64,000 nt of DNA from an uncultured Clostridia bacterium (GCA_944388045.1 CALXHG010000005.1:5590-69589), one strand, 5' to 3'; counted from the first letter of the stretch, positions 1 through 9,514 are shown. A program made the numbers and translations. The notes: generated by a model from the letters alone, not told the origin.

Positions 1-402
1 GTAGAAGTAGATAAAAAAATAGTTGGAAAAATAGATAATGGATTTTTAGTTTTAATAGGAATAAAAAAGGGTGATACAAAAGAACAAGCAGATTATTTAG
101 TAAAAAGGTTATGTAATTTAAGAATTTTTACAGATGAGAATGATAAGATGAATTTAAGTTTAAAAGATGTAAATGGAAAATTACTAATAGTATCTCAATT
201 TACTTTATATGGAGATTGCACACAAGGAAATAGACCATCTTTTATTGAAGCTGCAAGACCAGAAGAAGCAATTCCATTATATGAATATTTTTGTGAACAA
301 TGCCAATTAAACAATATAGAAGTTCAAAAAGGGATATTTGGAGCAGATATGAAAGTTGAATTACTTAATGATGGACCAGTTACTATTCTTCTAGAAAAAT
401 AG
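1..402 (+). CDS. dtd: D-aminoacyl-tRNA deacylase, C-terminal part (5' end outside window)
   Basis: Frame 1 is open from nt 1 (VEVDKKIVGKIDNGFLVLIGI...). SQFTLYGD..GNRPSF and NDGPVT motifs are typical of Dtd. TAG stop at 400-402. Confidence 0.85.
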   Translation, partial: VEVDKKIVGKIDNGFLVLIGIKKGDTKEQADYLVKRLCNLRIFTDENDKMNLSLKDVNGKLLIVSQFTLYGDCTQGNRPSFIEAARPEEAIPLYEYFCEQCQLNNIEVQKGIFGADMKVELLNDGPVTILLEK

Positions 403-428
403 AGACATTGATGTTGTAGATTAATAGG

Positions 429-457
429 AAATTTATAAATAAATATTTATAAATTTC
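429..457 (+). terminator. Stem-loop after dtd
   Basis: gaaatttataaat / atttataaatttc arms with a 4-nt loop, AT-rich, weak T tail. Confidence 0.45.
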
Positions 458-556
458 TTGAATTTAGTAAATAATATTGATAGAATCAATTATATCAAAA
501 GAAAAAATACAACTAGAGAATTTAAAACTAATATTGTAAGAAAAGGAGGTCTTTCT

Positions 557-1633
557 ATGGAAAGAAAAGTGAAAGTTGTGCAATATGGAGTTGGCAAAAT
601 GAGTTTATACACAATGAGATATGTGTATGAAAAAGGCGGAGAAATAGTAGGAGCAGTAGATATTAATCCTAATGTTATAGGAAAAGACATTGGAGAAATA
701 TTAGGAACAGAAAACAAAGGAGTAAAAGTTGTAAGTTCAGAAAATGCAAGACAGATGCTAGAAGAGACAAAACCAGATATTGTTATAGTTACAACAATGA
801 GTTTAATAAAAGATGTAGAAGAAGCATTAATGTTATGTGCTGAACTTGGAATAAATGCAATAACAACATGTGAAGAAGCTTTTTATCCTATAAATTCAAA
901 TCCAGGGATAACACATAAATTAGATGAACTCGCTAAAAAGAATAACTGTACAATTACAGGAAGCGGATATCAAGATATATATTGGGGACAATTAATATCA
1001 TCAATAGCAGGTTCAACACAAAAAATCACAAAAATAAAGGGAAGTTCAAGTTATAATGTAGAAGAATATGGAATTGCATTAGCCAAAGCCCATGGAGCTG
1101 GTTTAACACTTGAACAATTTGATAAGGAAATAGCTTCTGTAGACAGAATGAGTGATGAAGAAAGAAGAAAAATTATTGAAAGTGGAGAATATTCACCATC
1201 ATATATGTGGAATGTAAATGGATGGTTATGTGAAAAATTAGGATTAACAGTAAAATCACAAACACAAAAATGTGTACCACAAACATATAAAGAAGATTTA
1301 TTTTCTTCAACATTAAATATGACAGTAAAAGCAGGAGATGCAACAGGAATGAGTGCTGTTGTTACAACAGAAACAGAAGAAGGAATAACAATAGAAAGTG
1401 AATGTATAGGCAAAGTTTATGCACCTGATGAATTTGATAGAAATGAATGGACAATTTATGGTGAGCCTGACACGACAATTGTTGTAGAGAAACCAGCAAC
1501 AGTAGAACTTACATGTGCTTCTGTAGTAAATAGAATACCAGATGTTATAAACTCAAAATCAGGATATGTTCCAACATGTGAATTTGGTGAATTAAATTAT
1601 AGAGTAAAACCTTTAAATGAATATATTAAATAA
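557..1633 (+). CDS. NAD(P)-dependent amine dehydrogenase, DapB-like / 2,4-diaminopentanoate dehydrogenase family
   Basis: AAGGAGG at 543-549 precedes the ATG at 557. N-terminal Rossmann motif VVQYGVGKMS. Overall resemblance to Ord-type amine dehydrogenases. The track start at 458 lacks an RBS. Confidence 0.6.
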   Translation: MERKVKVVQYGVGKMSLYTMRYVYEKGGEIVGAVDINPNVIGKDIGEILGTENKGVKVVSSENARQMLEETKPDIVIVTTMSLIKDVEEALMLCAELGINAITTCEEAFYPINSNPGITHKLDELAKKNNCTITGSGYQDIYWGQLISSIAGSTQKITKIKGSSSYNVEEYGIALAKAHGAGLTLEQFDKEIASVDRMSDEERRKIIESGEYSPSYMWNVNGWLCEKLGLTVKSQTQKCVPQTYKEDLFSSTLNMTVKAGDATGMSAVVTTETEEGITIESECIGKVYAPDEFDRNEWTIYGEPDTTIVVEKPATVELTCASVVNRIPDVINSKSGYVPTCEFGELNYRVKPLNEYIK

Positions 1634-1673
1634 ATTATAGAAAAATATAGTTATAAATTAAGGAGAAAAAGGA

Positions 1674-2642
1674 TTGATAAAAGAACTGATAATAATAGTA
1701 ATAGGTTTTATATTTTTGGTAAAGGGAGCAGATTTATTGGTAAAAGCAGCAACTAGTATAGCAAAAAAATTTGGATTATCAGAAATGTTAATTGGACTAA
1801 CAATAGTTGCTGTAGGAACATCATTACCAGAAATCTTTATTACAATTACATCATCTGCAGAAGGACATTCTGATTTAATTATTGGAAATGCCATTGGTAG
1901 TTGTATATGTAACTTTTTATTAGTAATAGGAATTTCAACTTTAATAAGACCTGTGAAGTTTGATAAAAGAATAGTTAATAAACATCTCCCTATAGGAATA
2001 GCTACTATGATTTTACTTTTATTTTTAGGCAATACAAATAAAGTAGGAGATAATCACATAATTACTAGAGGACAAGGAGTTTTATTACTATTATGTACAT
2101 TAGCATATATTATTTTTACAATATATGAAGAAAATGCAATAAAAAATAAAAAAATAGATGAAGAAATTATAAAAGATGTAGAATCAAAAGAAGAAAAATC
2201 AATTTTCAAAATATTTATTTTCTTAATTGTAGGAATATTAGGACTAAAATTTGGATCTGACTTTGTTGTAGATAATAGTATATCAATTGCAACAAGATTA
2301 GGGTTATCTGAGAAATTTATAGGAATGACTGTAGTTGCCATAGGAACAGCTTTGCCAGAGATAATAACAGGAATAATAGCAGGAAGAAAAAATGAAACAG
2401 ATTTATTGATTGGAAATTTAATTGGATCTAATATATTAAATTTGTGTTTATTAATAGGATTAGGTGCTGTAATAAATCCTTTAACATTTATTTCTGATTT
2501 TAATAGAAGTATTATTGTTTTAATTATTATAACTTATTTTTTACAATGGGTCACAAGAAAAAATGAAAAAAATGAATTGAATAGAAAAGTAGGAGCCTTT
2601 TTGATTATTTTTTATATTGTTTATGTAATATGTATGATATAA
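1674..2642 (+). CDS. CaCA-family Na+/Ca2+ antiporter (YrbG-like)
   Basis: Two alpha-repeats, GTSLPEIF and GTALPEII, in a protein with about 10 TM segments. TTG start 8 nt after AGGAG. Confidence 0.8.
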   Translation: MIKELIIIVIGFIFLVKGADLLVKAATSIAKKFGLSEMLIGLTIVAVGTSLPEIFITITSSAEGHSDLIIGNAIGSCICNFLLVIGISTLIRPVKFDKRIVNKHLPIGIATMILLLFLGNTNKVGDNHIITRGQGVLLLLCTLAYIIFTIYEENAIKNKKIDEEIIKDVESKEEKSIFKIFIFLIVGILGLKFGSDFVVDNSISIATRLGLSEKFIGMTVVAIGTALPEIITGIIAGRKNETDLLIGNLIGSNILNLCLLIGLGAVINPLTFISDFNRSIIVLIIITYFLQWVTRKNEKNELNRKVGAFLIIFYIVYVICMI

Positions 2643-2692
2643 AAATTCATGTAATGGGTTGAACATTCTATGAGATGATAACGAACAACACT

Positions 2693-2780
2693 ATTGGGGT
2701 CGGTCCCTTTTGTTATTGGGGTCGGTCCCTTTTGTTATTGGGGTCGGTCCCTTTTGTTATTGGGGTCGGTCCCTTTTTGC
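2693..2780 (+). repeat. Array A: 4 tandem 22-bp units ATTGGGGTCGGTCCCTTTTGTT
   Basis: Units start exactly at 2693, 2715, 2737 and 2759. A GC-rich 12-mer core in an AT-rich intergenic region. Followed by AATTGGTACCAATC (2782-2795) and GAGAACCAGTACC (2826-2838). Confidence 0.95.
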
Positions 2781-3125
2781 TAATTGGTACCAATCTTAAC
2801 TAATTTTTCTATTTTTTTAAAAAAAGAGAACCAGTACCATTTTTATTGAATATAATTAATAGAGGTATATTTAATAAATTAACCCCTCAAGAAAGGAAGA
2901 GAAAATGAATTATAAATATTATACTTCAAATAACAATTATATTCTCTTATGACGAAGAATTAAAATTCAGTAATAGCAAAGGTTTCCTCCTACAAACAAT
3001 TTAGTAAATTATAAAATTTTCACATATTTAAAAGATGAATTGTAAAAAATAATAATACAAGTTCATCTTTTTTTGATTTTATAATAATATTTAAAATTAT
3101 AAAGTAGAAATTGGAGGATTTGAAA

Positions 3126-3509
3126 ATGGAAAATAAAGAATTAAGTAAAAATAAATATGGAATTGAATATACAAAGGTAGGAGATTTTTATTTACCAAAT
3201 ATTGCATTACCAAAACCAAGAAGAACAGGTGATATAGGAAAATATGGCAGATTAAGACTACAATATTTAGAAGAACACCACAAAGCAGAATGTATGTTAA
3301 TGAGAATAAATAACGAATTAACAAGTCATTTATTAGATATTGAAGATGAATGTAGAACAAGAGTTGAGAGTTTAGTAGAGCAAATGGCAAAAAAAGAAAA
3401 TATTACAGAAGAACTAAAAGCCAATAATCAATTAGAATGGGTACAAAAAATGAACAATATTAAAAATAGAGCAGAAGAAATTGCATATAATGAAATAATT
3501 TTTATATAA
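3126..3509 (+). CDS. tnpV: TnpV-like transposon-associated protein
   Basis: GKYGRLRLQYLEEHH...EWVQKMNNIKNRAEEI matches the conserved TnpV pattern of Tn4451-type mobilisable transposons. GGAGG at 3113-3117, 8 nt before the ATG at 3126. Confidence 0.75.
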   Translation: MENKELSKNKYGIEYTKVGDFYLPNIALPKPRRTGDIGKYGRLRLQYLEEHHKAECMLMRINNELTSHLLDIEDECRTRVESLVEQMAKKENITEELKANNQLEWVQKMNNIKNRAEEIAYNEIIFI

Positions 3510-3583
3510 GCAATATTAAATTTTAAAATTTTAATGTTTTTTCAAAAAATAAGTGATATAATACTAATAAATTAGAGTTTTTG

Positions 3584-3609
3584 AAATTCGCAGACGCGTC
3601 TGCGAATTT
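3584..3609. repeat. Perfect 26-bp palindrome AAATTCGCAGACGCGTCTGCGAATTT
   Basis: Self-complementary with an ACGCGT centre and GC-rich. Lies about 22 nt downstream of an extended -10 (TGATATAAT, 3554-3562) and 60 nt upstream of the ATG at 3669. Confidence 0.9.
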
Positions 3610-3668
3610 TGGAAAACTATTAAAATATGAAAAATTATAAGTTAAATGTTTAAAGAAAGAGGTAAAAT

Positions 3669-4841
3669 ATGGAAGAAAATCAAATGTTAGAAAAAGATTT
3701 TAAAGAAGTATTTAAAGATATAAAAAATGAAATATTAAATGCGCAATATGATATTTATAAAAGTGCAAATATAAGAACATTAGCATTATATAGTTATTTT
3801 GGGAAAATAATAGATGAAAATGCAAAATAAGGAAATAGCTTTATAAATAATTTATCAATAGAATTAAAGATAAATTTCCCAAATATGAAAGGTTTTTCAG
3901 AAAGAAATCTTCTTAATATGAAAAAATACTATTTAGAATGTAAAAATAATGATAATTTACAAAAACTTTCGGAAAAGATACCTTGGTCGCATAATATATT
4001 GATTTTTAGTAAGATAAAAGAAGAAGAACAAAGAGAGTGGTACATAGATAAACTTGCTTGTAGTGAATTTTGGAAAGAAAAAGATAGTTATAGGCAATTA
4101 CAAAATGCTTTTTATGATTATATGGTATCACATAATTTTGAACTAGAAAGAGGTTTACCAAAAGAAGAAACAGGTAGAGAACATTTGGATTTAAAAGAAT
4201 ATAAGGAAATAACTAATTTTGAAAAGACAAAAGAAACATTAAAGAATATAAAACTGGAATTGCCAGATGTACCAGAGATAGCAGATATAAGTAAATTTTC
4301 TATAAAGAGAGATGAAAAGATTTTAGAAGAAATTATAAAACCAAAAGATGAATTAATACAAGGTTTATATCAAGATAATTTAATATTACATCAAGAATTG
4401 TCAAGACAAGCAAAAGTTATTGATGAAGCTGAAAAATACCAAAAAGAAAGAGATACTATAATTGCAGATAATAAAGCATTAAACAATAAAGTAAAAGATT
4501 TAGAAAGAGAATATAAAAATAAAGTAAATAATCTTGACTTTGACTATAACAATAGGAAAGAAGAATTGGAAAAAGAATTTAAAACAAAAGAATTTGATAT
4601 TGAATATAAATATAAACACAAAATTAAAACATTAGAAAAAGAAAATAACCATTTACACAAAATTGTAGATAAATTTTACGAAACAGTAGAAAAATTTATA
4701 AAATGGATTTGTCATAAATTTGGTATAGGAGAATCAAAAGAATTGGTTAAAAAATTTGAAGAAGATACAAATACTTTAATTGATCCAGAAAAACAACTAA
4801 AAAAAGAAGAAAGAGAAAAAGAGTGGGATTTGGAAATGTAA
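3669..4841 (+). pseudogene. Chimeric remnant: DUF1016 (YhcG-type) N-terminal fragment with an in-frame TAA, fused to a MobV/Pre-type relaxase C-terminal fragment
   Basis: A single frame runs from ATG 3669 and is broken by TAA at 3828-3830. NFPNMKGFSERNLLNMKKYY...IPWSHNILI...REWYIDK is DUF1016_N-like. From about 4060 onward, FELERGLPKEETGREHLDLKEYKE plus a coiled-coil tail is Mob/Pre-like. There is no nuclease core and no relaxase N-terminus. Confidence 0.6.
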
Positions 4842-5074
4842 GGAACAAATTTTATATGTTTCTTACTATTTAATATGTTTAAAGCAAATTATAATAATGA
4901 TATGTATGGAGTTTGTTATGTTATTAGTTGAAGTTGTGTTTGAGTATTTTAAAAAAATTTAAGAAAAAAATCTAATTTGTTGTTTTTTTATTTTTTTATG
5001 ATATAATGATTACAGTTAACTAAAAGATAATTAAGCATGAAAAGTTAATAAAGGGAGTATAAGATACTAAAGAA

Positions 5075-5800
5075 GTGGAAAATGAAGAAATAAAACAATA
5101 TCTGATAAATTTTGTTGAAAAAACATTAAATGAATGTGAATTATTTAAAAAGGTATATGGAGTAGACTTTGTTAGAAAAAAACTAGAAACGAATTTAGAA
5201 AAGGTATATATAAATATATCTAATTGCGATTCTAATACTGCATTGTATGATATGGAAAATTCTAGCATAACAATTTTTTCTAATAAGCCTTTGGATATAT
5301 TGGATATTGAATTAGCTCAAAAAACAGAAAACATATCAGAAGAAATCATGCAACACTTTTATGATTTAATTTTTTGCATAAATGGAGGCGAAACAATAGC
5401 ATCCAAAGACTTTACATCCAGACTAGCATTAAAATTTAAAAATCAAATATATCTAGAAATATTAAAAAGATACCAAAAAGAAATTGTTGAGCAAATTAAA
5501 AATAGTAGACAAGCTAAAAATGAAGATGAAAAAATAGATTTACCAGTACCATATAAAAAAAGTTGGTTTCAAAAATTAAAGGAAGCAATTAAATCAAAAT
5601 TTATAAAAAAAGCAAATCAAGATATTAGACATAATGGGATACCAAGTCAAGAAAAAAATACTAAACAACAATTTAAAAGGTATATTTGTGATATGTCAAA
5701 CTATTCAGAAGAGAAACCTGCAATTAAATATTCTAACACAAATATAGAAAAATCAAAACAAAAAAGTGAATTAGAAACACATAATGGACAAGAATTATAG
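5075..5800 (+). CDS. Hypothetical protein (K/E-rich C-terminus)
   Basis: Long ORF with a GTG start and no convincing RBS. No recognisable motif. Confidence 0.4.
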   Translation: MENEEIKQYLINFVEKTLNECELFKKVYGVDFVRKKLETNLEKVYINISNCDSNTALYDMENSSITIFSNKPLDILDIELAQKTENISEEIMQHFYDLIFCINGGETIASKDFTSRLALKFKNQIYLEILKRYQKEIVEQIKNSRQAKNEDEKIDLPVPYKKSWFQKLKEAIKSKFIKKANQDIRHNGIPSQEKNTKQQFKRYICDMSNYSEEKPAIKYSNTNIEKSKQKSELETHNGQEL

Positions 5801-5881
5801 AGAGCTTTTAATATTACAAAATAAAAACATATACTATTGAAATTAAAAAATATGTAATTTATTATATGTATGGAGGCAAAA

Positions 5882-5977
5882 ATGATAATAAAAGTCGAAC
5901 AAATAAAATCAAATTTGAAAAATAAATTTGAAATTAAAGTGAATAATGAATTGAAATATTTAGCAGGTGCACCTTGA
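5882..5977 (+). CDS. 31-codon ORF ending in TGA, in frame with the next ORF
   Basis: Strong RBS TGGAGG 7 nt before the ATG at 5882. The TGA at 5975-5977 is followed directly by the ATG at 5978 in the same frame. Confidence 0.4.
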   Translation: MIIKVEQIKSNLKNKFEIKVNNELKYLAGAP

Positions 5978-6703
5978 ATGGATATTAATGTGCCATTAAA
6001 TATTGATAGAGTTAGAAGTTGTATAATTACAAAAATTGATGAAAGTATTTGTTATAAAACCTGTTACGATATTGCAGAAGATATTTCTAATACAGCTATT
6101 CCAATGAAATGGGTAGTTACTGGAGAGCAAAAAAGTCTTATTTTTAAGATATTTGATAAAGAAAATAATAGTTGTGGAGAATTTTATAAATTAACAAATG
6201 ATTTTTTGAATACAAAATATGTAATCGAATATGGTAATTATAAGTTAAAAAGTTACGACATATCTATTGGCAAAACTCGAAATATATTAATATATAAAGA
6301 TGATTTTCAAATTGCTGAAATTGTAAAGCCTTTGAGTGTATCAAACAATTTAGATTGTTATTATATATTTTTACTTGATGAATTTAGTTATTTGGAAACA
6401 ATTCTTTCGTTTTTTACTGTATTTTTCGATTATCAAAATTACAATAGTAGTGGACAAGTGGTAGCTAATAAAGAAGAAGTTAAGTTTCGATATACATATG
6501 ATAAAAATAATAAATTATATGATAAAAACTGGATATTAAATCATTTTGATGAACAAGAAGTCAATTTAATTAACAATCAAATACAAGAGAACAGGAAAAA
6601 TACTACTAATAAAATTAAAAAACAAGCTAAATGTATAGGTTCTTTTATTATTTTTGTATGGTTGATAGTGTTAATAATTTTTGGAATAATTTATTTTGGA
6701 TAA
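5978..6703 (+). CDS. Hypothetical protein with C-terminal TM anchor
   Basis: 241-aa ORF with a hydrophobic tail (FIIFVWLIVLIIFGIIYF). Possibly the continuation of 5882-5977. Confidence 0.5.
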   Translation: MDINVPLNIDRVRSCIITKIDESICYKTCYDIAEDISNTAIPMKWVVTGEQKSLIFKIFDKENNSCGEFYKLTNDFLNTKYVIEYGNYKLKSYDISIGKTRNILIYKDDFQIAEIVKPLSVSNNLDCYYIFLLDEFSYLETILSFFTVFFDYQNYNSSGQVVANKEEVKFRYTYDKNNKLYDKNWILNHFDEQEVNLINNQIQENRKNTTNKIKKQAKCIGSFIIFVWLIVLIIFGIIYFG

Positions 6704-6716
6704 AGGGGGTGAGTAC

Positions 6717-7160
6717 ATGAATAAAATTTTTAAAATCGTATTGATTATATTTGTATTAGGATTAATTGGTGGAATTATTGCATTTATGGCTACTGGTAAC
6801 ATTGCTAATGCCGAAGAATATAAACTAGGTAGTGATATAATAAAATCGGTGAAAACAATAGTAGGAAAAAGACAAGTTGTATCTACATCAACAGAAACAA
6901 GTAATGGAATTACAACTAAAAAAATAGAATATAAGTCTGACAAGGTACAAGATGATTTATTAAAATATACTCAATATCTTAGAAATGAAGGTGGTTTTAC
7001 TCTAACAAAAGATATGGATTTATCAGTAATTCCATCAACAGTTGAGTTAGGTAAAAATTCTAGTGATTCTGGGAAATTAATTATGATGACAATAGACTAT
7101 AATTCATTTGGATATACGATTACCATTCAAAAAGGTGAAGGAACTTTGACTATGTATTAA
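6717..7160 (+). CDS. Small membrane-anchored/secreted hypothetical protein
   Basis: GGGGGTGAG RBS before the ATG at 6717. N-terminal TM or signal segment IVLIIFVLGLIGGIIAFMA. Confidence 0.55.
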   Translation: MNKIFKIVLIIFVLGLIGGIIAFMATGNIANAEEYKLGSDIIKSVKTIVGKRQVVSTSTETSNGITTKKIEYKSDKVQDDLLKYTQYLRNEGGFTLTKDMDLSVIPSTVELGKNSSDSGKLIMMTIDYNSFGYTITIQKGEGTLTMY

Positions 7161-7225
7161 AAATAAAATTTTATAAATATACTGACAAATTTAAATATTA
7201 GTGCCAGTATATTTATTGTTTTATA

Positions 7226-8320
7226 TTACTTATTCTCTATAATCCATTCATAAACCTCATCTTCAGAAAGTTTACCCTTTTTCATTTGATTGATTTTTTC
7301 TTTAGCTTGTTTTTTCCAGTTTTCAAAGCTTTTAGCAAGTTTCTTGTTATCTTTATTTTTCTTGACTTGCATAAATTTTTGTTGATATGTTCTCCTATAT
7401 TCTCCCATAGCCTTATTTTGTTTTAATCTTTCTGTATAAGATTGGAAAGCACCTAAATCTCTACAAGACTTTGATTTTTCTTTTGGGTAATCACAATAAA
7501 TTTCATCTACTTTTGAGGTTGGAATAAAGTACATTCCACAATTTTGACATTTTTTAATTGGATAGTTAGGTGTTTTTGAAAGTTCTTCAAGTATAGCATA
7601 GCAAATACTTGATAAATCGTTACTTTTATGTGTATCACTCATTGAAAGTAGCACATTCTCTGAATGTAATGACTCTAGTATATCATATTCACTATTATTT
7701 AAAAATTCATCATATTTTCTTGAATAACTATCTCTCATAATTAAGTCATTTTTATAATAAGAATATAATTTTCCCTTTCTTTTTATTAAATAAACAGCAA
7801 ATCGTTCAGAATATGTATATTTTTCTAAATTACTGTCATTATTCAAATTATATATGTATGTAACAGCATTTATTAATTCTTCTTGTAAGTCTATTAGATT
7901 TTCTTGTAAATCTTCAAATATCTTAGTTGTTGCCTTTAAATAGTTTTCATTACTACCATAATTATTAAGTAATTCAAATTTATAATTTTCATTTAAATCT
8001 CTTAATATTTCAAAGCCATAAGCATAGAAGAAAGATTTGTAAGCCGTTTCATAATTTAATAAATCAGCATTCAAAAATCTTAATAATAAAAGTCCAAATT
8101 TCTCATAAAAAGGAAAGTAAATACTAGCAGGGTGTTTTAAGCCATTATCTGTTTTTTCCTTTTCTTTATAATAAACATCTCTTAATTTATTTTCAGTATC
8201 TAAATGATAATCAGCTTTATAAAAATATAATGGTGTAGCATAATATTCTTTTTTTGTTTCAGTATCAAACCAGAAGTAGAAATCTTGAAAGAAAGTTACT
8301 TTTGGTAATTCCATACTCAT
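7226..8320 (-). CDS. DUF6076-like protein (mobile-element associated in Firmicutes)
   Basis: C-terminal CQNCGMYFIP....YCDY......CRD cysteine cluster followed by a basic K-rich tail, as I recall for DUF6076. AGAGGTG RBS on the - strand. Confidence 0.5.
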   Translation of the reverse strand: MSMELPKVTFFQDFYFWFDTETKKEYYATPLYFYKADYHLDTENKLRDVYYKEKEKTDNGLKHPASIYFPFYEKFGLLLLRFLNADLLNYETAYKSFFYAYGFEILRDLNENYKFELLNNYGSNENYLKATTKIFEDLQENLIDLQEELINAVTYIYNLNNDSNLEKYTYSERFAVYLIKRKGKLYSYYKNDLIMRDSYSRKYDEFLNNSEYDILESLHSENVLLSMSDTHKSNDLSSICYAILEELSKTPNYPIKKCQNCGMYFIPTSKVDEIYCDYPKEKSKSCRDLGAFQSYTERLKQNKAMGEYRRTYQQKFMQVKKNKDNKKLAKSFENWKKQAKEKINQMKKGKLSEDEVYEWIIENK

Positions 8321-8391
8321 CTATTTTCACCTCTTTAAAATAATTTTTATCGAAAAACAATCGACAATTCTAAAAAAATAATAAATTGTTA

Positions 8392-8420
8392 TTGACATCC
8401 TATATTTATTGTACTATAAT
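8392..8420 (+). promoter_or_regulatory. Consensus sigma-A promoter TTGACA-N17-TATAAT
   Basis: TTGACA at 8392-8397 and TATAAT at 8415-8420. A TATCGAAAAACAAT box at 8348-8361 is repeated at 8541-8554 ahead of a second TTGACA at 8564. Confidence 0.6.
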
Positions 8421-8457
8421 ATCAATATAATTACAATACTTTTTCTCAAAACTCACT

Positions 8458-8529
8458 ATTGGGGTCGGTCCCTTTTTGTGCTGGGGTCGGTCCCTTTTTA
8501 TTATTGTGATTAGTCCACTTTTTGTGCTG
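8458..8529 (+). repeat. Array B: 2 intact units plus 1 degenerate unit of the GGGGTCGGTCCC 22-bp repeat
   Basis: ATTGGGGTCGGTCCCTTTTTGTG, then CTGGGGTCGGTCCCTTTTTA, then a decayed copy GTGATTAGTCCACTTTTTGTGCTG. Same orientation and the same CACTATT lead-in as array A. Confidence 0.9.
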
Positions 8530-8619
8530 ATATACAAAAATATCGAAAAACAATAAAAAAGTATTGACAAATAATAAAATATGATATATATTTGTGCTAT
8601 GAAAGGAGAGAAATAAAAA

Positions 8620-9135
8620 ATGAAAATTTTAGGAGAAAAAAGTTTATCATCAAAAGTAATAGTAGGATTAAACATACTTTTTATATTAATAAGTATTATA
8701 GATTTATTTGTATTAACATTAATAGCAAAATCAACAAAAAACGTTATCACAAATATAAATATACAAAATAGTATATTTGATTTATTGTTATTTGTAATGA
8801 TTATAATTACAGGATTAATCGCACTTTTTATAATATATCAATTTACAAAAATATTTAAAAATTTAAAAAATAATATATTATTTACTACAAATAATTCTAA
8901 AAGCTTAAATATAATAAGCAACAGTTGTTTCATTATAAGTGTAATATATCTAATAATCTCAATACTAATAATAGCAATAGCAAAAAATTTAATAGATGAA
9001 TTTATTTACTATATATTAGCATTCTCAATAATGTTAATGATTATTTTTGTTGTATCTAGTATAGGAATAAAAATACTTAATGAAATATATAAAAAAGCAA
9101 TTGAATATAAAGAAGAAAATGAATTAACAATATAG
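8620..9135 (+). CDS. DUF2975-family membrane protein
   Basis: Four TM segments. The pairing with a downstream YozG-type HTH gene is canonical. AAAGGAGAG RBS. Confidence 0.6.
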   Translation: MKILGEKSLSSKVIVGLNILFILISIIDLFVLTLIAKSTKNVITNINIQNSIFDLLLFVMIIITGLIALFIIYQFTKIFKNLKNNILFTTNNSKSLNIISNSCFIISVIYLIISILIIAIAKNLIDEFIYYILAFSIMLMIIFVVSSIGIKILNEIYKKAIEYKEENELTI

Positions 9136-9295
9136 ATTTCTGAAAAGGTAATTACTTTGAAAGAAAATTTTTTTATTACAATTTTGTCTTTAATCGAAGT
9201 GAGAAATTAATAAGATATAATTTGAAAGAAAATCTTTCATTATTATGTGTGCCTTCAAGCGAAAATAGAGAAGCTAGAAAGGAATGAAATTTAAA

Positions 9296-9514
9296 ATGAT
9301 AATAGTAAATTTAGATGTAATGATGGCAAAAAGAAAAATATCATCTGGAGAACTGGCAGAAAAGGTAGGAATAACACCAGCAAATTTATCAATTTTAAAA
9401 ACTAATAAAGCAAAAGCTATAAGGTTTTCAACTTTAGAGAAATTATGTGACATCCTAGATTGTAAACCAGGAGACATATTAGATTATGATAAAAACACGG
9501 AGGAAAAAATTTGA
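9296..9514 (+). CDS. YozG-family HTH (XRE-type) transcriptional regulator
   Basis: MIIVNLDVMMAKRKISSGELAEKVGITPANLSILKTNKAKAIRFSTLEKLCDILDCKPGDIL is the typical short YozG sequence. ATG 9296 is preferred over 9284 on RBS spacing. Confidence 0.8.
   Translation: MIIVNLDVMMAKRKISSGELAEKVGITPANLSILKTNKAKAIRFSTLEKLCDILDCKPGDILDYDKNTEEKI

Noticed and set aside
5975-5977. In-frame TGA as evidence for a TGA=Trp (code 4) organism.
   Set aside because: Trp is encoded by TGG throughout, for example in the CaCA, GT2 and surface-protein genes. Long conserved genes such as typA are intact under the standard code. TGA also ends genes at the expected positions (the YozG regulator at 9512-9514 and the ECF sigma at 13241-13243).
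8406-8750. 114-aa minus-strand ORF spanning array B and the DUF2975 gene start.
   Set aside because: It runs through a promoter, the repeat array and the 5' end of a well-supported + strand gene. It is an artefact of the low stop-codon density.
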